Shown here: piece by piece, positions 24,690 through 33,800 of the stretch
How positions within the stretch are numbered: the first letter of the stretch is position 1
Layout: every line of letters starts with the position of its first letter
From: an uncultured Bacillota bacterium
GTDB lineage: Bacteria > Bacillota_I > Bacilli_A > RF39 > UBA660
Assembly: GCA_900317975.1 (NCBI GenBank)
Contig: ONIZ01000002.1
Location: 6,473 to 70,472, forward strand
Reading direction: 5' to 3'
DNA length: 64,000 nucleotides
Position numbers and translations under genes: made by a program
The notes under the pieces: model-generated
Seen by the model: the letters and a program-made list of their open reading frames with translations, nothing else
Told to the model about the DNA's origin: nothing
The model's database searches: none

Positions 24690-25028
24690 ATGTTTAATTA
24701 TGAAACGTTAACAACAAATAAAAAATATCCTAAATATAATAAGGATAGACACACAATTTATACAAAATTTGATAAACCTTATAGGTTTTATCTTGAAGTA
24801 AGAGATTACAATGCTGAATATAATACATACAATTATTATATATTGTTAGGAGAAACAAAATTTGATGAAAATTGTAAAAGTATTACATTTGACGATTATG
24901 GCAGAAGTAAAATAAGATGTTGTAATAATATTCATAATGAAATAATGAATTGTCTTGAAAATAAAAATTCATTTGATTTAATACGTGAAAAAAGTAATGA
25001 AGAATATGATTTATATAGTATTCAATAA
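24690..25028 (+). CDS. hypothetical protein (112 aa)
   Basis: Clean ORF on the + strand. Confidence 0.6.
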   Translation: MFNYETLTTNKKYPKYNKDRHTIYTKFDKPYRFYLEVRDYNAEYNTYNYYILLGETKFDENCKSITFDDYGRSKIRCCNNIHNEIMNCLENKNSFDLIREKSNEEYDLYSIQ

Positions 25029-25059
25029 GGTGGTGGCAGTAGTCATCACCTTATTTTAT
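25025..25059 (+). terminator. terminator-like hairpin
   Basis: ATAAGGTG...CACCTTAT followed by tttta. Confidence 0.45.
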
Positions 25060-25088
25060 GCTATAAATAGTCGATAAAAATTGTTTAA

Positions 25089-25105
25089 AAAGCTATTTTT
25101 AGCTT
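25089..25105. repeat. AAAGCTA-TTTT-TAGCTT hairpin, copy 2
   Basis: Same hairpin as at 10371. Confidence 0.65.
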
Positions 25106-25196
25106 ACAAATCAAAAATTTTTATTTCGCTAACTGATTGACTAACAAAATTTTAGAGCCTCTAAAACAAAAAATTTTATTCTCATAGGGCTGTACA

Positions 25197-25228
25197 TTTG
25201 CGAATTTCAAAAATTTTTTGTATATTTG
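25197..25228 (+). promoter_or_regulatory. Bacteroidota-type promoter for 25236 onward
   Basis: TTTG 25197-25200, a 20-nt spacer, then TATATTTG 25221-25228. Confidence 0.65.
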
Positions 25229-25235
25229 CAGTGTT

Positions 25236-26036
25236 ATGATAAACAATAAACAAGATAAAAGACTTATTGTTACAATTCAAGGTAACGATTATTTTGCAAA
25301 TAATATTGTTGCTTTGATGCTATCTGAAATATTAGATAAAGGTGTACAACATAGTAATTATTTAGATTGGCATAAAAAATATATTAATTTAAAAGAAACT
25401 AAAGATAATGTTATAAATTTATGGGATAGTTTAAAAGATATAGCAGAAGTATTAACTGGATTAAATAGAGAAATATTTGATGATTATCCTGCAATGTATT
25501 GTAAATATTGGGTATATGGAACAAAACATATAATAGATGAAAATCATATAAAAGAAAATATTGCTCCAAAAGGATTAACTTCTGCTAATACAAATTTATA
25601 TACTATTGTTAATCCTGTTGAAACAACGTTTAATAATTGTCTTAAAGATGCCTATAAAAAAGAAACTATGCCAGTTATAAAAATAATAGATTATTTAATG
25701 TATTTAAATGAATATTTTATAAAAAGATTTTATGATGAAAATTATTTACTTAAAAAACTAATTGATAAAATAAAAGAAACAAAATATGAATTTTATATTA
25801 TACCAGATGTTAAATTTTATTATGAATTAAAAGCTATAAATGGTGTAAAATTATCTTATATTTATCAGAATTTTAGAATATTTAATATATTTGTTGGAAC
25901 TGATGATAAATATGTTAGAGAAAATGATAAAAACGATGTAGGATTATTTGATTATTATCTTCCAATTAAAGATGCTATTGTTAGTTATAAAACTTGGATA
26001 GAAGTACTTAAATGTATACAACATATTTTATTTTAA
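25236..26036 (+). CDS. hypothetical protein (266 aa from ATG 25236)
   Basis: The track ORF starts at TTG 25218, inside the -7 promoter box. The first ATG is at 25236, only about 8 nt after the box. Confidence 0.65.
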   Translation: MINNKQDKRLIVTIQGNDYFANNIVALMLSEILDKGVQHSNYLDWHKKYINLKETKDNVINLWDSLKDIAEVLTGLNREIFDDYPAMYCKYWVYGTKHIIDENHIKENIAPKGLTSANTNLYTIVNPVETTFNNCLKDAYKKETMPVIKIIDYLMYLNEYFIKRFYDENYLLKKLIDKIKETKYEFYIIPDVKFYYELKAINGVKLSYIYQNFRIFNIFVGTDDKYVRENDKNDVGLFDYYLPIKDAIVSYKTWIEVLKCIQHILF

Positions 26037-26040
26037 TATT

Positions 26041-27084
26041 ATGATAATAACAAAACCAAACGTAGAATTGTGGATACCACAATCTGAAATTCAACATATT
26101 GCACGATGTGCAAGTGTATGTTATGGAAGTAAAGGAATTAGAATTCCAAATGATGTAAAAGATTCAGAATTAGTTAATAATCTAATAAATAATAATCATG
26201 TTTCTGTATTTAGACATTCTAGCGTATATTATATTGTTCCTGCTACATATTTTTCAGAAGATGAATATAAATATTATACATTAATAGGATTAAAAAATAA
26301 TCCTTATGTACATATACAATATTTTGATGCTAGATATTTTATTTCTACTAACAAACAATGGGAAATGGAAAATAGTCTTCAAGCAGCAATGTTATCTCCT
26401 TATGTGGTAAATGAAAATACTTTTATAGAATTTAGTAAAAAAGATAAAGAAAATTTATTAAGAAGATTAACTTTTTGTATAACAACTCAAATAAGTACAT
26501 CTCGCGAATTAAATCGTGTAAGTCCAAATAATATTACTGAAGAATCAACAAGATTTTGTAATTATTCTAAAGACAAATATACAAATGATATAACAATAGT
26601 ACAGCCTCATTGGATAGATTTATTTAAAGATTATGATTATGAATCTATTAAATATGACGGTAAAAACTTATTAGCGACTTGTGGTGATTTTACTTTAGAT
26701 ATTACATTAAATAAATTTCCTATAGAAAGTTATATATTGAATAGAAATATTTCAGCAAAAGCCGCTAAAAGATTTTTTGGAAAACTTCATAAAGAATGCA
26801 CTCATTATTTAGAAACATTAAATGATGGCTTTGCTCCTCAAGATGCTAGAGAATTACTACCGTTATGTACAGCTACAACTGTAATTTATACATATACTGT
26901 AAAAGAATGGATTAGAATACTTGCATTAAGATATTATGGAGCAACTGGAGCTCCTCATCCAAATGCTAAAATAATAGCAGGATTAATAAGAAACGAATTG
27001 ATAAAATTAGGATATAATGTTGATAAATTAGTAAATACAATATTAAAATCTTTTTACAAAGAATCTTTATACAATGTATACTAA
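26041..27084 (+). CDS. ThyX-like (flavin-dependent thymidylate synthase fold) protein with a divergent active-site motif
   Basis: ARCASVCYGS, NNHVSVFRHS and ISTSRELNRVSPNNITEESTRF follow the ThyX pattern. The RHR-x7-S motif reads RVS-x7-S here. Confidence 0.55.
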   Translation: MIITKPNVELWIPQSEIQHIARCASVCYGSKGIRIPNDVKDSELVNNLINNNHVSVFRHSSVYYIVPATYFSEDEYKYYTLIGLKNNPYVHIQYFDARYFISTNKQWEMENSLQAAMLSPYVVNENTFIEFSKKDKENLLRRLTFCITTQISTSRELNRVSPNNITEESTRFCNYSKDKYTNDITIVQPHWIDLFKDYDYESIKYDGKNLLATCGDFTLDITLNKFPIESYILNRNISAKAAKRFFGKLHKECTHYLETLNDGFAPQDARELLPLCTATTVIYTYTVKEWIRILALRYYGATGAPHPNAKIIAGLIRNELIKLGYNVDKLVNTILKSFYKESLYNVY

Positions 27085-27340
27085 ATTTAAAGATATAAGT
27101 GGAGTTATAGTTAAAGTAACGACACAACAATATGCTGTAGGATTGTACGTTTTTACAACTATAGGAGATAAAATAAGCCAATTTGGTTCTGATGTAAAAG
27201 AAAGAGATTTTCATATAAATATAAGAAAGAAATGTTTAAATACTGGAGGTGTATTATTAGATGGTACTATAATACAATATAAAGGAAAACTTAATATTAA
27301 TAAATTTGAAGAAAGAATAACTGATATAGTTCAAAATTAA
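27074..27340 (+). CDS. hypothetical protein (88 aa)
   Basis: Clean ORF on the + strand. Confidence 0.55.
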   Translation: MYTKFKDISGVIVKVTTQQYAVGLYVFTTIGDKISQFGSDVKERDFHINIRKKCLNTGGVLLDGTIIQYKGKLNINKFEERITDIVQN

Positions 27341-27350
27341 ATAATCATTT

Positions 27351-27362
27351 CCCTCTACAGGG
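27351..27362 (-). repeat. dispersed GC-rich motif copy (rc ccctgtagaggg), intergenic
   Basis: Forms the hairpin TTTCCCT-CTAC-AGGGAAA at 27348-27365, between 27074-27340 and 27381-28154. Confidence 0.8.
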
Positions 27363-27380
27363 AAACAATAATAAACAATT

Positions 27381-28154
27381 ATGGAAAGTTTATATAATAT
27401 AGAGCAAGATATGATTGCTCTTTATGATAAAATTGAAGAACAAGGAGGTGAAATACTTCCTGAAGATGAACAAGCTCTTGCCATTAATCATGAAAATTTC
27501 ATGAATAAAATGGAAGGTTATAATCATTATTTACATAAACTTGATAATGATATTTCTGCATGTAAAGCAGAAGAAGATAGAATTAAAGCTCTTCGTAAAG
27601 GAATGGAATCGCGAAGAGATACTGCTAAAAAGAATGTATTAACTGCTGTACAAAACTTTGGAGTACCTACTAAAACTGGTGGATATGCAGTAGAGTTTGC
27701 TACATTTAAATTTAGTACTAGGCGTTCAGAATCTGTAGTTGAAGATGAAAAACGTTTAGAATATTTAAACAAAGAATTAAATAGATTTATATATAGTTTA
27801 TATGATAATGGAATGCTTAATCCTGATATAAATTGGGATTTACAAGGATTATGTGATTCAATTAATGCAAATATAAAAGCAGAAATGGAATCAGATGGTT
27901 GTGGTCATTTATATATTCCATTTACTCCAACTGATTTAGATTTAATTAATATTGATGTAAAATCTTCTTGTAAATTATCTTCTTTATTTAAAATTGATAA
28001 TGGTATGGCACAAGTATTGTGTAAAGGAGCAACACTTTCTGCTGAATTAAGTATTGATAAAACAACTGCTAAAAATTATTTAAAAGCAACACAAGACGTT
28101 AACGTTATTAGTTGCTGTCATAAAGAAGTTAATTATAGTCTTCAAATGAAATAA
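27381..28154 (+). CDS. Gp157-like protein (Siphovirus Gp157 family-like N-terminus)
   Basis: The N-terminus SLYNIEQDMIALYDKIEEQGGEILPEDEQALAINHENFMNKMEGYNHYLHKLDNDISACKAEEDRIKALRK resembles that family's coiled-coil. The assignment rests on that pattern alone. Confidence 0.45.
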   Translation: MESLYNIEQDMIALYDKIEEQGGEILPEDEQALAINHENFMNKMEGYNHYLHKLDNDISACKAEEDRIKALRKGMESRRDTAKKNVLTAVQNFGVPTKTGGYAVEFATFKFSTRRSESVVEDEKRLEYLNKELNRFIYSLYDNGMLNPDINWDLQGLCDSINANIKAEMESDGCGHLYIPFTPTDLDLINIDVKSSCKLSSLFKIDNGMAQVLCKGATLSAELSIDKTTAKNYLKATQDVNVISCCHKEVNYSLQMK

Positions 28155-28157
28155 TAT

Positions 28158-29174
28158 ATGGATTTAAATATTTTTAAACCAGATGATTCAGATAGAGCTT
28201 TTATCGCTTATATTAAGAGAGAAGCTCTATCTGGAATTACATGTCATCAAAACGGTGATGTAAAACAATATTGGTATGATTATTATAAAGCTTTAATGGA
28301 ATTATGTAAAGCAAGTGCCGAATCTATTGTTAAAGACTCTTATGATTTTATATCTAATATTATATCAAAACAAGATTATTTGAGATATAATATACCTTTA
28401 TATCCTATAGATATTACTAAAAATGATTTTGAAATTATTGATAATGAAATATTATGTCATCATAAAAGAAGTTTTGATTTAGTTTGGATTTCTGTTCATA
28501 AATTAACTGATGAAAAATCTATTTATTATAGAAATGCTTATAGTTTACAAATTAAAAAAACTTTTGATTTTATTGAAAAAAAAGTTTATGATAAAAAACA
28601 TAATGATTTACAATATACAATATTTATTTCAAAAGGTGGAGTAATTAATGGTGATTTTATAGATTTTATATTTATTCGCACAAAAGATTATGAAAAAGGT
28701 AATTTAAGATTAAATTTACCTATTAATATTCCTGTTTGTGAAGTATTTTTTAAAGATAAAGATGATAATAAATCTCTTATTTATGCTGTAGATCATAGAG
28801 AACCAAATCTTAAATTATTAATGGAAAAATATAATTGTCCTATTTGTAATAATACTGAAATAAAAGAATTAAAATTAAATTTAAGATATTGTACAAATGA
28901 TATTAAGAAAACAAATTATGATAATATAATTTTTAAACCTTTAAATTTAAATGAAAAAAATGATTATAGAGTTACTGAAGAAAATCAAAGATATGATTTA
29001 CATTGTAAATTAGGAGTTATAGCAAGTATAAAAGATGGTCATTTAACAGTATATTATAGTAAAATTAGATATAAGAAAATAGATCATACTTATTTTACTT
29101 GGTTTACAGGATATACACTTGACCAACTTAAAAGAATTTTAAATAGTAATAACCAAAATATAACATTCGTATAA
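28158..29174 (+). CDS. hypothetical protein (338 aa)
   Basis: Clean ORF on the + strand. Confidence 0.7.
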   Translation: MDLNIFKPDDSDRAFIAYIKREALSGITCHQNGDVKQYWYDYYKALMELCKASAESIVKDSYDFISNIISKQDYLRYNIPLYPIDITKNDFEIIDNEILCHHKRSFDLVWISVHKLTDEKSIYYRNAYSLQIKKTFDFIEKKVYDKKHNDLQYTIFISKGGVINGDFIDFIFIRTKDYEKGNLRLNLPINIPVCEVFFKDKDDNKSLIYAVDHREPNLKLLMEKYNCPICNNTEIKELKLNLRYCTNDIKKTNYDNIIFKPLNLNEKNDYRVTEENQRYDLHCKLGVIASIKDGHLTVYYSKIRYKKIDHTYFTWFTGYTLDQLKRILNSNNQNITFV

Positions 29175-29176
29175 TT

Positions 29177-30217
29177 ATGGGATATTTAAAAAAAGGTCTT
29201 CCTTTTAGTTATAAAGGAACTATAGATGTTAGTGATTGTGTAACATCAGAAGATGTTATTAAAAAAGCAAAACTTGATTGGGAAGTTGCTAAATGTGAAA
29301 TTGTTGCTAAAATGCCTATGAATTTAAATCCAGATTCTAATAGAGATGGATTTAATTATGGAGGAATGCAATACACTCCTGTAGAAAGTATGTATGCTAC
29401 TTATAGAACAGATTTAAATTTTCCTTTAGGTGTAGTAAAAGAAAAATATACTCCAGTGCAAAATATAGATGCTTTTAAATTCTTTGATGATGCTATTGGT
29501 AAAAATAAAGCAATATGGCAAACCGCAGGATTCTTTGGTAATGGAGAAAAAATATTTGTAACTGCAAAATTACCTCAAAATATATTTGTAAATGATGATA
29601 TAATAGATAATTATTTAGTTTTTGCAACTTCTCATGATGGAACTATGGGAGTTAAAATATTACTTACTCCTATTCGTGTAGTATGTGAAAATACATTAAA
29701 TGCTGCATTACAAAATAACGATGCTTATATTTCTTTTAGACATACAGAAAGTGTTCATGGTAGAATTGATGCTGCAAAAGAAATATTAGGTATATGTGAT
29801 GTAAAAATTAAAGCATTAAATGAATTATATCAAGGATTTAATAAAATTAAATTAACAGATACACAAGCTGCTGAATATTTTGCTAAATTAATTTTAAGTA
29901 AATCTGAATATGATAATTTATATCTAACTGGACATAATGCAATGCAACTTGTATTACGTAGTTCTAGTGCTATGTCTGATGCAGAAATTAGTACACGTAA
30001 ATGTAATGTTATTGCAGAATTATATTATTATTATCTTAATGGAATAGGTCAAGAACAATTTAGAGGAACTGGTTGGGGAGTATATAATGCAGTAAATGGA
30101 TATTATTCTAATGTAGATAATATTGATGGTGTTAAACGAATGGATAGTCTGTTGTTTGGTGATAAGGCTAACAAAATTAAACAGAGCGGTGCTTTATTAT
30201 TACAACTTGCTTCTTAA
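29177..30217 (+). CDS. DUF932-like phage/plasmid protein
   Basis: YTPVQNIDAFKFFD, GNGEKIFVTAKLP and FATSHDGTMGVKILLTPIRVVCENTL match my recollection of the DUF932 family pattern. Confidence 0.6.
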   Translation: MGYLKKGLPFSYKGTIDVSDCVTSEDVIKKAKLDWEVAKCEIVAKMPMNLNPDSNRDGFNYGGMQYTPVESMYATYRTDLNFPLGVVKEKYTPVQNIDAFKFFDDAIGKNKAIWQTAGFFGNGEKIFVTAKLPQNIFVNDDIIDNYLVFATSHDGTMGVKILLTPIRVVCENTLNAALQNNDAYISFRHTESVHGRIDAAKEILGICDVKIKALNELYQGFNKIKLTDTQAAEYFAKLILSKSEYDNLYLTGHNAMQLVLRSSSAMSDAEISTRKCNVIAELYYYYLNGIGQEQFRGTGWGVYNAVNGYYSNVDNIDGVKRMDSLLFGDKANKIKQSGALLLQLAS

Positions 30218-30253
30218 TATGATTAATCACACTACGAGGATTCAATTATAGTT

Positions 30254-30266
30254 CCCCTGTAGAATG
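30254..30266 (+). repeat. dispersed GC-rich motif copy (cccctgtagaatg), intergenic
   Basis: Lies 30 nt upstream of 30296-30607. Confidence 0.7.
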
Positions 30267-30295
30267 ATTGATAATATCTTCAAACATATTTTATT

Positions 30296-30607
30296 ATGAA
30301 TACAACAATAATTGTTATTTGTTTTATAATAACATGGGTTATTATATTATTATTGTTTATTACTACTCATTATAATACTACAGAAAGACTTCGTTCTATA
30401 CGTCATTATGTTGCTAATTATTCTGATAATTATAGTTATTTTGAAAAAATTAAAAAGCAATATGAGACTTTAACAAAGAATATAGAATGTTTAAATAAAA
30501 AGATTGATAAATATATTGATAAAGTAGAAATTAATAAAGATTATTATCATAAGACAGCACAAAATAACGAAAATACAGCCTCTTTGAAGGACTCTAAATC
30601 AAAATAA
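30296..30607 (+). CDS. membrane-anchored coiled-coil protein (103 aa)
   Basis: N-terminal hydrophobic segment IIVICFIITWVIILLLFI followed by charged heptad-like sequence. The architecture resembles 5458-5913. Confidence 0.6.
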   Translation: MNTTIIVICFIITWVIILLLFITTHYNTTERLRSIRHYVANYSDNYSYFEKIKKQYETLTKNIECLNKKIDKYIDKVEINKDYYHKTAQNNENTASLKDSKSK

Positions 30608-30642
30608 TACATTTATACTATTTCGATAATAAAGTCGTGTAT

Positions 30643-30660
30643 AAAGCTAAAAATAGCTTT
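30643..30660. repeat. AAAGCTA-AAAA-TAGCTTT hairpin, copy 3 (inverted orientation)
   Basis: Reverse complement of the 10371 copy, with 26 nt identical including flanks. Confidence 0.7.
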
Positions 30661-30729
30661 TAAAACGAAAAATTTATATCGATTTGCTATACAAAAACGG
30701 ACTATAAATAGTCTACTATCAACAAAATT

Positions 30730-30774
30730 GGCTCTTGCAGTACCTTTTCGGGTATTTGCAAGAGCCTTTTTTTT
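30730..30774. terminator. bidirectional intrinsic terminator between convergent modules
   Basis: Stem GGCTCTTGCA/TGCAAGAGCC with an inner TACC..GGTA stem, an A-run upstream and 8 T downstream. Confidence 0.85.
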
Positions 30775-30804
30775 ATTAATTTATTTGTTACAGATTATAC
30801 CAGA

Positions 30805-33800
30805 TTATTCTTTTAATGATTTACCTATTTCACGAAGACCAGCTTGAGCTTTAGAATTACCTGTACCACCATTATAATAACTATTTCTAGCACCCATATT
30901 AAGAATATTTTTATAAATACGATACACAGGAATATTTCGTGTAGCAAGTACTTCAAGTTTATATCTTCCTTTATATTGACCTGTAGTATATTTTGGATTA
31001 AAATCATCATTAAATAAAATTTCACTTAATATTTCAAAACCTTTCATAATATCTTTAATATTGCTACTTCCAGCAACTGGACTAGCCCACAAAGAATCAA
31101 ATTCAGAAATCATACCTGTAGGTAAATACATATAAGCTTCAGAGAACATACGATTAGCAGTATAAAGAGTATTCGCTAATAATAAATCATCTTTAAAATC
31201 TTCATCATCCCACATAGCATACATTCCAATAACTAATAATGCTGTACCAATAATTCCAGCAATATCACCTATTGCTCTAAGAATATTTCTTTGTTCCCAA
31301 GCAGGTAATAAATTCCAATTTAATGAAATATGTGTAATAGTAGCAATAAATGCATGAGCAATATTTTGTAAAGATTCTAATGCAGAAATATCTGTATCAA
31401 CAATATTACCGTTTTCATCAATTATTTGTTTTTTCTTTAAATCTAAATTTCTAAATTCTGTAGATAAAAATCTTAATAAAGAAGTATAACTACCCATTTC
31501 AACACCTTCAAGAAGTTCATTATAATATCCACCTCCACCAAATATTCCACGATATCTTTTCATAATACCAGGATAAATATGTTTGTGATATTGCATTACT
31601 AATGAACCCCAAAATTCATTTTCAATAGTAGCTCTTCCTAATTTATCATATACACCATGAATCTTTTTATTAACATATATAATTCGTCTTGTAAATTCTT
31701 TAAAAGTAGTATTTCCTATAGTACTATCTAATTCTCCAGTTGAAGGATTTATATTAAGTTTAGAATCATGTTTTATTCTAGTAACTCCACGACCATCTCC
31801 ATTTTTGTTAAGTTTAAATTCAAATTGATCAATAAGTCTATCTTTAGTTTCAAATTCTTTTTTAGCTTTTTCTATAGCTGATTTTCTTCTTTTAATATAT
31901 TCATTTGCTAATTTAGAATTATCATTTGCTTGTCTAGTTATTAACTGTATAAAATCCATACATATATCTTTTTTAAACGTATCATAATCATATTGAACTT
32001 TTTTATCTTTCTTTATATTTTTAATATAATTATTAAATAATGTAATTATAGAAGTACTATTAATTTTATATGAATCTCCCCATTCTGTTATAATTTCTTT
32101 TAAAGTTTCTATTTCTATATCTCTCATATAATCATTTATATTTCCAATTCTATATCCTCCATTTCCATCTTCATAAATTCTAGCATCTTCAATCATAGCG
32201 AGAGCTGCTGTATTTTGCATAAAATGTTCACCCATACTATTAGGACTAAATAAAAAATCATTTAATCTTCTAGCAAATTCAACAGCTGTCGCAGATTTAA
32301 CAAGTTCTCCATTTATTTCATCATAATCTACTGCATTTATTAATTTTATTAATCCATTAGTAAAACTACTAGCGTCGTCATAATACATATCAGCAATTGC
32401 AGATAATACATTTGCTCCATATTTAGCTTCTGCTTTCCACCATGCTTTATTACTAAAATATTCTCCTGCAAATCGCTCTGCTAAAATATTAACTAAACCT
32501 GTACTTACGTTAGCAATACCACCATGTATATTTAACATCATATATTTAGAACTTGTAAATCCTTGTAACAAATTAGCAGCACCAGTTAATTTATGTTGTT
32601 TTTTATATTCATCATATATAACTCTTCTAGCAAATGTTTGCATAATTTTAAAAGCATGTTCTTGTTTTTCAGTTAAATATTTTATCATTTCAGGATTATT
32701 GCTAGAATTTTTATTAACAATAGGTTTACCTGTAATACGATTTCCTTTTATGGCGTCATTTTCTAATAAATCTTCTAATAAAAGATAAAGACTATTTTTT
32801 GCTTTATTTCTGGCTAAATAATTTTCTCCATTTAAAACTAATTGACTATATACTTCTCTCCAATTACGATTTAACATTGCACTATCTAACTCTAAATTAT
32901 TTTTATGTATTTCTTCATTTTCTTTTTTAATATCATTTAAATATTTACTATATTGTTCGTCTGTCTCTCCTTCATTTCTAGGTCTTGCTTTAACTCTCTC
33001 TTTATATCCTTCATTTTTCAACAATTCAAACATTTGAAAATCTGGATCAGAATCATATAAATATCCAATTTCTTCATGCCATTTATCATTAGCAGAACTT
33101 CTATAATTTACACCTAATATATCTAATACAACATTTCTTCTAAATTTTTTATCAGCTCTATGTTCCATTAATCTCGGAGCATAAGTATCAGCAAAACTTC
33201 TTTGTCCATTATTAATAACATATTTTCTTGCTGTATTTATTAAAAAATTAAGCATTTTTATTTCATTATCGTTTAAATTAGCTTTTGAATATTTTTCATT
33301 TATATATTTTTTATCAGCAGTATCTTCTTTAAAATGAGAGCCATAAGTTTTATAATTTGGATTTCTATAGTCAACTTCATCATCATGCCTCGGATTTCTT
33401 TCACTATTATCAAATGTTGGAATATATTCATATTTGTTTCTACTTACTTCATTTTTAATTCTCATATTAGACCAAATAGGTATAGTTTCATATCGTTTAG
33501 TAAATTGATTATAAATATGATTTGCTTCAAACCATTCTTCAAAAGCTCCATTGTTAACCGCATTATCCCAAGCTTCTTTATAATATTCATTTGTTACATA
33601 TTCAATATTTTCATCAATAAAATTTCTTGCAGCAGTTTTTTCTTTATCTATATATTTATCTTTTTGAGATTCAATAGGAGATCTATATCCATAAAATAAA
33701 TATTCAGGCACATATGTATTATCTTCCATAACTAAATCACCAGTTTCACTATCATGTTCAACGAACATTTGTAACCATATTGCAAATTTTGCAGGTTCAG

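Noticed and set aside
33334-33699. 121-aa + strand ORF, and similar + strand ORFs at 35020, 38514, 39571, 43166, 45210, 48717, 52337, 56169 and 60600.
   Set aside because: All lie antisense within long, well-supported reverse-strand genes. They translate to Ile/Phe/Asn-rich low-complexity strings typical of A+T-rich antisense frames.
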